17,538 nt of DNA from a virus. Shown one piece after another: positions 1 to 6,936 of the stretch. Each line of letters begins with the position of its first letter. Within the stretch, counting starts at the first letter, position 1. Position numbers and translations under genes: made by a program. The stretch lies in UHGV virus genome UHGV-0202355. One strand, given 5' to 3'. The notes beneath the pieces are model-generated. The model was not told the origin of the DNA. It worked only from the letters and a program-made list of their open reading frames with translations, and did not search any database.

Positions 1-362
1 CCGTTGACGAAGTTCACCGCATCCAGAAAACGGGCGTAAACCTTACGCCGGACCACCGTTCCGCCGACCAGACTCTGCAGATCTTCCGCCATCCCGGTGA
101 CCATGCCGTACAGGTTAGAGACCGTCAGTGTCGGACGGGCAGCACTGCCCTTGCCGTTCAGTTCAAAACCGCTCCCCTGAATGGGATACGCCTGATACTG
201 TCGCCCCTGCCAGGTGGCCGGCTCACCTTTTTCGTTCTGCTCATTACAGAAAAAATAACGTTCACCACCGACCTCTGTCAGGTCGATTTCCCAGAGCACC
301 ACCTGGGCTGACTGAGTGAAGCGTGTCGTCTCATGATGTGTTTCCTGTGGAATATCCTGCAT
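1..362 (-). CDS. minor tail protein L (lambda gpL-like), N-terminal 120 codons only; the 3' end lies beyond the window edge
   Basis: Manual translation of the minus strand from ATG at 362-360 gives MQDIPQETHHETTRFTQSAQVVLWEIDLTEVGGERYFFCNEQNEKGEPATWQGRQYQAYPIQGSGFELNGKGSAARPTLTVSNLYGMVTGMAEDLQSLVGGTVVRRKVYARFLDAVNFVNG with no stop before position 1. This closely matches the lambda gpL N-terminus as I recall it. AGGAGG lies 5 nt upstream of the ATG and the gene follows M as in lambda. Not in the ORF track because it is truncated. Confidence 0.85.
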   Translation of the reverse strand, partial: MQDIPQETHHETTRFTQSAQVVLWEIDLTEVGGERYFFCNEQNEKGEPATWQGRQYQAYPIQGSGFELNGKGSAARPTLTVSNLYGMVTGMAEDLQSLVGGTVVRRKVYARFLDAVNFVN

Positions 363-371
363 CAGAGCCTC

Positions 372-701
372 CTATGCCACGACCTGTTCAAAATCTGCCG
401 TTATGGTTACCCACAACGCCCCCACGCTTGCCGACCATTTACGACAAACCACCCTGATCGGCTTCCAGTCATAAGGTGGCGTCCACTGAAATGCGCGGAC
501 GCCACCGTGCCGTTCCAGAAAGGCTTTTAAAGATGGGTGTTCACATTTACGAACACGTATCGTCACGCTGTAAGTCGACAACTGGTTATTCAGTCCCGCC
601 GCACGACGCTGTTCATAACCATCGCCCAGCTTCACTGTCACCACCTTCGGCTCCGATGCCACAGTCATATCAGGGCGAATTTTCCAGTGAAAAGTTTCCA
701 T
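372..701 (-). CDS. minor tail protein M (lambda gpM-like), 109 aa
   Basis: ORF translation METFHWKIRPDMTVASEPKV...WTPPYDWKPIRVVCRKW...FEQVVA has the same length as lambda gpM and aligns with it along its length (recalled sequence). Its ATG overlaps the tape measure stop as TAATG. Confidence 0.9.
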   Translation of the reverse strand: METFHWKIRPDMTVASEPKVVTVKLGDGYEQRRAAGLNNQLSTYSVTIRVRKCEHPSLKAFLERHGGVRAFQWTPPYDWKPIRVVCRKWSASVGALWVTITADFEQVVA

Positions 702-3700
702 TACCGATACGCTCCGCTTAACTGACCACCATCACGGGACTGCTGTTGCATAAAGTCCGCTGCTGCTTTTTTCCCGAGGTCATAAACCACCTTCAGGGCA
801 GCCGGACCTATCTGCCCGTTCGTACCATCGTTATTGATCTCGATGTTGTACTGCGGGGCAAACATCACCATACCTGAACCACCAATATCCGCCACAACTC
901 CCAGCTTGCCATCAGCACCACGACGCAGTGGCAGAATGGCTTCAGGCCCCGCTTCTCCCATCACACCCGCGCCTTTTGCAAAAGCAAAAAACGTCGGACG
1001 GTTAACCACCGTGCCACTGTAGCGACTCAAATCAGCAGACTGATAAACACCGCCATCCGCATTTGGCGTCACGCTGGCAGCTGCTGCACTCCCCCAGCCA
1101 AACGCCGAACCAATCCCCTTAACTGCCTGCATCATGGCCATCTGCGACATGATTTTTGCTAGATCAGAAAGGAGCGAGGCGGTAAAGGATTTGAAGTTCA
1201 GTTTTCCGGTGGTACAGAACGTCGCCAGTGCATTACCTGCGCTGTTAAATGCCGCTGTAAACATCTGCTCAGCGGTACCTGCCGCGTTATCCGCACTCTC
1301 TGTAAAATTCTGAAACGCCCGCATGGCACCGTTTTTCCAGTCTGCCTGCATCAGTTCCTGCTCCTGCCAGTAACGTCTGTTTTCGTTCAGTTGCCGGTTA
1401 AGACTGTCTGTCAGCATCTGCTCAGCATTCCGGTATTCATCTGTGCCGTATGTTCCTTTCTGCTTACTGTCACGCTCCAGCTGTTCCAGTTGCTGCTGGT
1501 ATTTTTGTTGCAGACTGAACTGCGCCTGGTATCGCTGACGCTGTTTATCCCCCATCCCTGTCGTGGCGATATCCAGGTCATGTTGCTGACGCAGAGTCCG
1601 TTCCTCTTCCGCCAGCTGGCTGGCAAGCTGAATAGATTTTTTCTTAAGGTCATTCAGCGCCGTCTGCTTCTGCAGCTCCTGCTGTTTTGCATCCAGCAGC
1701 GTCAGCGCCTGAATCAGTTCATCCTTATGCGCCAGCACGCTTTTTTCATCTGCCGTCAGCTTTTTACCGGCTAAATCACTGATACGCTGCTGCAGGGCCA
1801 GAAGCTGCTTATGCGCTTCCGTCATTTTTTCCGTGGTCAGTCCCGCGGACTGTCTGGCGGCGGCGATCTGCCCCTCCACCTGCGCCTGCTGCTGACTGTA
1901 CTGCAACAGCAACCGGGTAGCTTCATCATTGCGGTTTTCAGATGTTTTTTTCTTAATGGCTTTTTCGTAACGTTCATTTTCACGCTGTATCGCTGCGTCC
2001 CTGACCGCCTGATCGGCGTACTGCATGGCATTAATACGCGCAATTTCACGCTGATGTCGTGCTGCTTCCGTTTCGTTCATCCGGTTCAGCGCGGCATTTT
2101 CAGCATTCCGGCGTTTCTGCTGCTCCTGATAATTTCGCTCAGCCTGCTCTTTTGCATCCTGCAAATCCTGCTGGCGCTTTCGCTCTTGCAGCGCATCCAG
2201 TTGTTGCTGATCGTATTCCACCGTGGTGGACGCCTTAGTCCACGGAAATTTCTTCGCCCGCTGAATTTTTTCCTGCAGCGACGCAATCTGCGCATCAAGG
2301 GAATCTTCCCGACCAATGTTCATGGCCGCATCCCAGAACTGCTTCCACCAGTCAGACAAGGTTTGCAGCGTACTGCCCAGCGCATTGAGGTTATTATCAA
2401 TATCCGACGTACGTTTACCGGTTTCCTCTGCCAGTGCAGACATGGCTATCCGGGCGGCGTCACTGGTGCGCCCCTGCTCTCCGAGCACACGGATCTGTTC
2501 AAGCTGGGTGGCTGTCAGAAAATGCAGTTCATCATCCAGCGCCTTCGCAGCACTGACCGGATCATCCTTCAGCCGTTTAAACTGACTGATGGTGTCACTG
2601 ACAGACTGCCCTACCGAGCGTTCCATCTGTGCGGCAGCTTTCGCCACCATACCAATATCGTTACCGTGAAATGCACCGCTCCCCACTACCTGCGCCAGTG
2701 ACCCCGCCATGGCATGTTGCGTGATGCCATTACCGGAAAGATTTTTACTGAGCGCCCACAACTGCCCGACTGTCACACCGGCATAGTGTCCGGTGAGCTC
2801 AAGCTGCCGGTTAAAGGCTTCGCCTTCTTCCCGCCCCTCCATCCAGGCTTTACCCAGACCAATAACCGCAGCAGTGATCCCTCCGATAACCCCCCCCACC
2901 GCCAGGCCTTTCGGAGTCATTAATTTATCAATCCAGCCGGCACGGTTAGCCAGGGTGATCCCGGAGCCACGAAGCGCACCGAAATTACCCCGGGCAATTT
3001 CACCTATCAGAACACCCATCTCCTGGCGGGCCGCCGCACTTTTCAGCCCCAGCGAATGCGTGACCTTCCCGGCTTTTTCCATTTTGCTGATATACACCTC
3101 AGCCGCACTACTGACACCCAGCTGCGCGGCTTTTGCCCTGAGCAGCTCCGTGGATGAAAGATTCTGAGCGGATACCTGCTCCTTCAGCCGCCGGATAAAG
3201 GCCGTCTTCTGGCGGGCGGCGGATTCTTCAGCCTGAGCCAGCACGCGGGTTTTTGCCGTCACTTCGGAGATTAACGCCAGATAATCCTGCTGCGCGATGC
3301 CACCATTGTTTCTGGCCTGACGGACCTGCTGCTGAATACGCTGCAGCTCCTGCAGTCCGGCCCCCGCCTGTTTCACACTGTCAATCTGACGGTAAAATGC
3401 AGCAGCGGCTTTATCCTGAGCAGCAGCCAGTGCCGCCGCCTGCGCCTGCTCCTCGCGCATTTTCCGGTTCAGGGCATCAAGTCGCTGACGGGTCTTCTCC
3501 ACATTCTCCGCCAGCGAAACATGCTTCTGCGCATTCCCTGCCAGCGCCTGAGCCTGTTTCACTGCGGTGGTCGCCGCCTGCTTCTGACTCGCTTCAAACT
3601 GCCTGACCCGCGCCTCCGCACGCGCCGCTTCGCTGGCGGTACCGTTGAGCTGTGCTTTGATACGCGGAAGCTGTTCCTTAAAATCAGCCGCATCAACACT

Positions 3701-3733
3701 TAAATCAATAACAAGATCAGCTATCTGGCTCAA
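701..3733 (-). CDS. tail tape measure protein (lambda gpH-like), 1010 aa, probable TTG start
   Basis: Largest ORF in the window, sitting between the G/T chaperone pair and M. It has a long Q/A/E/R-rich coiled-coil middle region, hydrophobic Gly-rich segments and a conserved C-terminal region. The first codon at 3733-3731 is TTG, preceded by GGGAGG at 8 nt spacing; the next in-frame ATG is about 90 codons in. Confidence 0.9.
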   Translation of the reverse strand: MSQIADLVIDLSVDAADFKEQLPRIKAQLNGTASEAARAEARVRQFEASQKQAATTAVKQAQALAGNAQKHVSLAENVEKTRQRLDALNRKMREEQAQAAALAAAQDKAAAAFYRQIDSVKQAGAGLQELQRIQQQVRQARNNGGIAQQDYLALISEVTAKTRVLAQAEESAARQKTAFIRRLKEQVSAQNLSSTELLRAKAAQLGVSSAAEVYISKMEKAGKVTHSLGLKSAAARQEMGVLIGEIARGNFGALRGSGITLANRAGWIDKLMTPKGLAVGGVIGGITAAVIGLGKAWMEGREEGEAFNRQLELTGHYAGVTVGQLWALSKNLSGNGITQHAMAGSLAQVVGSGAFHGNDIGMVAKAAAQMERSVGQSVSDTISQFKRLKDDPVSAAKALDDELHFLTATQLEQIRVLGEQGRTSDAARIAMSALAEETGKRTSDIDNNLNALGSTLQTLSDWWKQFWDAAMNIGREDSLDAQIASLQEKIQRAKKFPWTKASTTVEYDQQQLDALQERKRQQDLQDAKEQAERNYQEQQKRRNAENAALNRMNETEAARHQREIARINAMQYADQAVRDAAIQRENERYEKAIKKKTSENRNDEATRLLLQYSQQQAQVEGQIAAARQSAGLTTEKMTEAHKQLLALQQRISDLAGKKLTADEKSVLAHKDELIQALTLLDAKQQELQKQTALNDLKKKSIQLASQLAEEERTLRQQHDLDIATTGMGDKQRQRYQAQFSLQQKYQQQLEQLERDSKQKGTYGTDEYRNAEQMLTDSLNRQLNENRRYWQEQELMQADWKNGAMRAFQNFTESADNAAGTAEQMFTAAFNSAGNALATFCTTGKLNFKSFTASLLSDLAKIMSQMAMMQAVKGIGSAFGWGSAAAASVTPNADGGVYQSADLSRYSGTVVNRPTFFAFAKGAGVMGEAGPEAILPLRRGADGKLGVVADIGGSGMVMFAPQYNIEINNDGTNGQIGPAALKVVYDLGKKAAADFMQQQSRDGGQLSGAYR

Positions 3734-4031
3734 TTCTTATTCCTCCCGCGATACCTTCCCCCAGAAACATCAGTTCTTCATCTGTCCGGACGAGCGCTTC
3801 TGTCTCTGAGGGCAACAGGCTGAACATATCCGCCGCTACGGTTTTTCCGGAAACCATCTGCACAATCAGCGTTTTCAGTGTGGCAAATTGCGCATCCAGC
3901 CACACATCACTGAAACTCTGCCGCCGGAAATAATCCCCCCACTCTCCCAGTTCTGTGGCTGACATTTCTGACAGCATTCGCCGCCAGTCGCCCCGCCGGA
4001 ACTCCCGGGCCAGCCGCATGACAAACTGCAT
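3717..4031 (-). CDS. tail assembly chaperone T segment (lambda gpT-like), expected to be made only as a G-T fusion by -1 frameshifting
   Basis: 104-aa ORF in the -1 frame relative to G, lying between G and the tape measure as in lambda. The T frame is open upstream to 4073, overlapping the end of G, and has no convincing SD of its own. Confidence 0.75.
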   Translation of the reverse strand: MQFVMRLAREFRRGDWRRMLSEMSATELGEWGDYFRRQSFSDVWLDAQFATLKTLIVQMVSGKTVAADMFSLLPSETEALVRTDEELMFLGEGIAGGIRIEPDS

Positions 4032-4039
4032 TTCCTGCG

Positions 4040-4429
4040 TCAGGACTTTTCCGGCGTCAGCACCTCCTTCACATCATCCCCCTCTGTCGCCACTGTCAGT
4101 GCCATACCGCTCAGCGCCAGAATGCTTTCCGCCGCCACCCCCAGCGCATCCCAGGACCATGTCACGCGCACGGAGGAAAAAAGCGCCGCCACATTCTGAG
4201 ACTGGTCGGCATTCCACAACGAACGGGAAACCAGCCAAGCGTTGATGTCCATCCCCATTTCCATAAAAGCAATCTGGCGGGCCCCTTCTTCCATTCCTGC
4301 AGAAGCCTCATCAAACTGCGCCGCGCGTTCACGGGCATAAGCCAGGTATTCCACACGCTGCAGACCAGACAGTTCATTCAGTACCACCGACTGATTGCCG
4401 TAATTAAACGTATCCTGTTTCAGAAACAT
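4040..4429 (-). CDS. tail assembly chaperone G (lambda gpG-like), 129 aa
   Basis: Starts MFLK like lambda gpG, has a similar length, and sits between V and T. GGGAG SD lies 7 nt upstream of the ATG at 4429. Confidence 0.85.
   Translation of the reverse strand: MFLKQDTFNYGNQSVVLNELSGLQRVEYLAYARERAAQFDEASAGMEEGARQIAFMEMGMDINAWLVSRSLWNADQSQNVAALFSSVRVTWSWDALGVAAESILALSGMALTVATEGDDVKEVLTPEKS
4046..4052 (-). promoter_or_regulatory. candidate -1 programmed ribosomal frameshift site (G GAA AAG) producing the G-T fusion
   Basis: The last codons of G read CCG GAA AAG TCC TGA; the -1 frame reads GGA AAA GTC CTG ACG CAG GAA ATG (T frame). This is the only slippery-like heptamer inside the 34-nt G/T overlap. 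An SD-like AAGGAGGTG (4069-4061) lies 8 nt upstream, an arrangement resembling the dnaX frameshift stimulator. Confidence 0.55.
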
Positions 4430-4446
4430 CTCTCTTCTCCCCGAAT

Positions 4447-4467
4447 AAAAAAACCCGGCGAACCGGG
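4447..4467 (-). terminator. intrinsic terminator between major tail gene V and G
   Basis: Minus strand reads CCCGG-UUCG-CCGGG followed by UUUUUUUAUU (plus strand: A-run 4447-4453, stem 4454-4458 and 4463-4467). Confidence 0.6.
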
Positions 4468-4489
4468 GCTGATGATAAATATGGCCCTG

Positions 4490-5260
4490 TTATCCCCGGG
4501 CGCGTCCGGTACTCTTCTCCTCAGCAGGGGCCACGGTCACCGTGACCACCTGCCCCGTACTGCCATTACCGCTCATACCCACAATATTGACCACACCTTC
4601 CTGGCGGGCAGATACCGTAGCCACAAGGCCGCTCAGGCTTACCGTTGCTGTCTGCGGATCCGTGGAAAACACCGTGAGCGTTTTATCCGAGGCGTTTTCC
4701 GGTACAAGCGCAAACGTCAGTACGGACGTTTCACCAGGGTGCAGTGTCACCGCCGTCGGTGTCACCGTCACACCGGTGACGCTGACCACCTCCTGACACT
4801 CTTCCGCCAGGTACGGACGCCCAATCCCAGTGATTTTGATGGTCCGGGTCATCACTTCCGTTGACGTCACCGCCTTGCCCAGCGAACTCAACCAGCCACG
4901 AAAAACATCAACTGTGCCGTTGGGGTACAGAATGCGAAACGCACAAACCTCGCCGGAATAAAACAACTCAACCAGTTTTTTCTGTCCGCTGTCGCCCGGA
5001 CGCCATGCCAGTGTGGCAGACGTATCGCCAGCGGTTTTCTGGCCCTGAGATGTGCTCTTCCAGTCCGCATTCTCATCATCAAGATACGTGTCATCTTCTG
5101 CATCAGCGGTCATTTCGCCAGGTTGCAGATCCTTCACCATCGCAAGACGCAGCCAGGCAGTGTCCGACAAAGGGTTCGCAAACGCATCGCCGTTGCCGGT
5201 ATACATCCAGAACGTTGTCCCCGCACCTTTCGTCTTTGCCAGTGGATTTGGTGTGGTCAT
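4490..5260 (-). CDS. major tail protein (lambda gpV-like) with C-terminal Ig-like (Big_2-type) domain, 256 aa
   Basis: Translation MTTPNPLAKTKGAGTTFWMYTGNGDAFANPLSD...NGTVDVFRGW parallels lambda gpV (recalled), and the C-terminus is a Thr/Val-rich Ig-like region. Start chosen at the internal ATG 5260, preceded by AAGGAGGTGGTA; the longer ORF-track N-terminus is an artefact. Confidence 0.9.
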   Translation of the reverse strand: MTTPNPLAKTKGAGTTFWMYTGNGDAFANPLSDTAWLRLAMVKDLQPGEMTADAEDDTYLDDENADWKSTSQGQKTAGDTSATLAWRPGDSGQKKLVELFYSGEVCAFRILYPNGTVDVFRGWLSSLGKAVTSTEVMTRTIKITGIGRPYLAEECQEVVSVTGVTVTPTAVTLHPGETSVLTFALVPENASDKTLTVFSTDPQTATVSLSGLVATVSARQEGVVNIVGMSGNGSTGQVVTVTVAPAEEKSTGRARG

Positions 5261-5270
5261 TACCACCTCC

Positions 5271-5672
5271 TTAATTCGTGTACGTGATCTGGTACGTGAT
5301 TTCCGCCATCGCCCAGGTGGCCATCTCATTATCACGTTGATAGTTAAAACCGAGTGGGTTCATGGTGTCGATGAGTCCGGAAAGTGCCGGTACATCATTC
5401 AGGGCCGGGAAAATGGTGCTCTCCATCCACGTATCCAGCTCTGAATCCGGTGCCTGTGCCCGGATGAAGACGGCAATATGCAGAACAGCCTGCCAGTCAT
5501 CTTCATCCGTCATTTTTCCGGTGTACTGTGCATCACTCAGCCACACCGCCACGGCAGGCAGTTCCTGCGCATCAACAAATGCCGGAAGCCCGTCAAAAAA
5601 CGTGGCGCTGTCTCCACACTGTTCCCGAAGGCGTGCCAGTACGACCTGGCGGATTTGTGTATGTCGGTTCAT
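5271..5672 (-). CDS. tail terminator protein (lambda gpU-like), about 133 aa
   Basis: MNRHTQIRQVVLARL...ATFFDG...PAVAVWL...DSELDTWMES aligns with lambda gpU (recalled). Start chosen at ATG 5672, which overlaps the Z stop as ATGA; the alternative ATG at 5684 would add 4 residues. Confidence 0.85.
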   Translation of the reverse strand: MNRHTQIRQVVLARLREQCGDSATFFDGLPAFVDAQELPAVAVWLSDAQYTGKMTDEDDWQAVLHIAVFIRAQAPDSELDTWMESTIFPALNDVPALSGLIDTMNPLGFNYQRDNEMATWAMAEITYQITYTN

Positions 5673-6247
5673 CGTGTCAGCCATAACCTCAGTTGTTGTT
5701 TCAGTGCATACCCCAGCTGTTTCGGCATTTCCGCAGTAATGATGCGGTCGCGGGCATCTTCAAATGCCTGTGTCAGCGGTCCGGACAGCGGGATTTTCAC
5801 CACATCAATGGGGTAACGATTTTTGCCATCAATACGCCGCATCACATGCCAGCGACCATTCGCCAGCTGCTGAATAAACGCATCCCGGAAAAGATATTTA
5901 CCCACCTTCAGCACACTGCCACGGTACTGCAGTTTTCCACCACGCCGGGCCAGTCTGACCCGGGCCGTCCCCAGCTTAATGGCGGGCAGGTTGCCCCGGT
6001 TAACGCGGATCCTGGCCGTCATTTTTCCTGACGGACTGGCTTTAAACACCCGGACACGCTGACGTACCAGTTTCAGGGGTATCCCTTTCACCTGGTTATC
6101 TCCCGCAACGGTATTCCCGGCAACCTGCCGGGTTGCAACCGAGACCGCTTTCTGTGCCACACGGTTTATCGCCCATGCGCTGGCCTGTGGCACCATACGG
6201 GTATCAAGGCTGTTCAGATTGCGGATGGCATTCTCAAGCCCCTTCAT
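5669..6247 (-). CDS. tail completion protein (lambda gpZ-like), 192 aa
   Basis: Same length as lambda gpZ, with shared motifs such as NGRWHVMRR, GKNRYPIDVVKIP and LGYALKQQLR (recalled). GAGGTG lies upstream of the ATG. Confidence 0.85.
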   Translation of the reverse strand: MKGLENAIRNLNSLDTRMVPQASAWAINRVAQKAVSVATRQVAGNTVAGDNQVKGIPLKLVRQRVRVFKASPSGKMTARIRVNRGNLPAIKLGTARVRLARRGGKLQYRGSVLKVGKYLFRDAFIQQLANGRWHVMRRIDGKNRYPIDVVKIPLSGPLTQAFEDARDRIITAEMPKQLGYALKQQLRLWLTR

Positions 6248-6258
6248 CCCACACCTCT

Positions 6259-6534
6259 TTACTCAATAAAGATCATTGGCTTACCGTTAAAGCGTTCATG
6301 CCGTGTGACCGTCCATTGTTGTCCGTCATAAACAACGCGATCCCCGCGCCGTGGGCGGTATCCCGAAGAAAACACCACCAGAGAGACCGCAGGTCCGGAC
6401 AGAGCATTCAGCTCTGCCAGTGTTTCTCCCGGGATCACTGTCATATCGACATCATTAATCGAGGCTGTCTTTCCCATCTTTCTGACCGTGATCGCATCCA
6501 TACGCGCTGCCAGCCGGGAAAAGGGATCAGACAT
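6259..6534 (-). CDS. head-tail connector / head completion protein (lambda gpFII-like), 91 aa
   Basis: Position between the head genes and Z, and an RRGD-containing C-terminal half reminiscent of lambda gpFII. Its ATG overlaps the upstream stop (ATGTCTGA). Confidence 0.65.
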   Translation of the reverse strand: MSDPFSRLAARMDAITVRKMGKTASINDVDMTVIPGETLAELNALSGPAVSLVVFSSGYRPRRGDRVVYDGQQWTVTRHERFNGKPMIFIE

Positions 6535-6850
6535 TGAGTTTTACCGGCACTTCTTCTGCACTGGTTCCGGCATCTGCCCAGACAACCCCGACCAGCGGAT
6601 CAGAGCCGCTGTTAGTCAGCTGAACTTTTCCGGACTTCAGATAAACCTTCTTACCCGTTTTCATGTCATCCGTTTTCAGCTTCGGCAACATAAATACGCC
6701 TTCAGCGATACCATCTCCCGTTTCGCCTTTCGCAATATCGGTCAGTGCCACCGCAAAAACATCTCCCACCTGCACCAGTTCTCCGCTACTGATATTTGCA
6801 CCAGCAACAATCGCCACCGTTTTTCCTTCTTCTACAAAATTCTTTGCCAT
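6527..6850 (-). CDS. small head-associated protein (DUF2190-like; putative capsid decoration/cement protein), 107 aa
   Basis: Gly/Val-rich small protein (MAKNFVEEGKTVAIVAGANISSGELVQVGDVFAVAL...) directly downstream of the major capsid gene, in the position of lambda D/FI. Start at internal ATG 6850 with GGAG at 7 nt; the family and function are from memory and not verified. Confidence 0.55.
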   Translation of the reverse strand: MAKNFVEEGKTVAIVAGANISSGELVQVGDVFAVALTDIAKGETGDGIAEGVFMLPKLKTDDMKTGKKVYLKSGKVQLTNSGSDPLVGVVWADAGTSAEEVPVKLNV

Positions 6851-6893
6851 AACTGTCTCCACACAGCCCCTGAGCGGGGCTGATTTCAGGTAC

Positions 6894-6912
6894 AAAAAAA
6901 GCCCTTACGGGC
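6894..6912 (-). terminator. intrinsic terminator directly downstream of the major capsid gene
   Basis: Minus strand reads GCCC-GUAA-GGGC followed by UUUUUUU (plus strand: A-run 6894-6900, hairpin 6901-6912), 25 nt after the capsid stop. Confidence 0.6.
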
Positions 6913-6936
6913 CATCTGAGTTGTTGTCTGCGACGT

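Noticed and set aside
1811-2701. Plus-strand ORF of 296 aa, and several other plus-strand ORFs (1391-1774, 2316-2585, 2793-3167, 3253-3606), inside the tape measure gene
   Set aside because: They are antisense to a well-supported 1010-aa gene, have low-complexity Leu/Arg/Pro-rich translations and no RBS context, as expected from reverse-strand reading of a repetitive coiled-coil gene.
4490-5335. Long N-terminal extension of the major tail ORF (start 5335) and similar extensions of the capsid (9189), terS (13336), 93-aa (15213) and 74-aa (14689) ORFs
   Set aside because: The extensions overlap upstream genes or terminators and lack SDs, whereas internal ATGs have strong SDs and match lambda protein N-termini.
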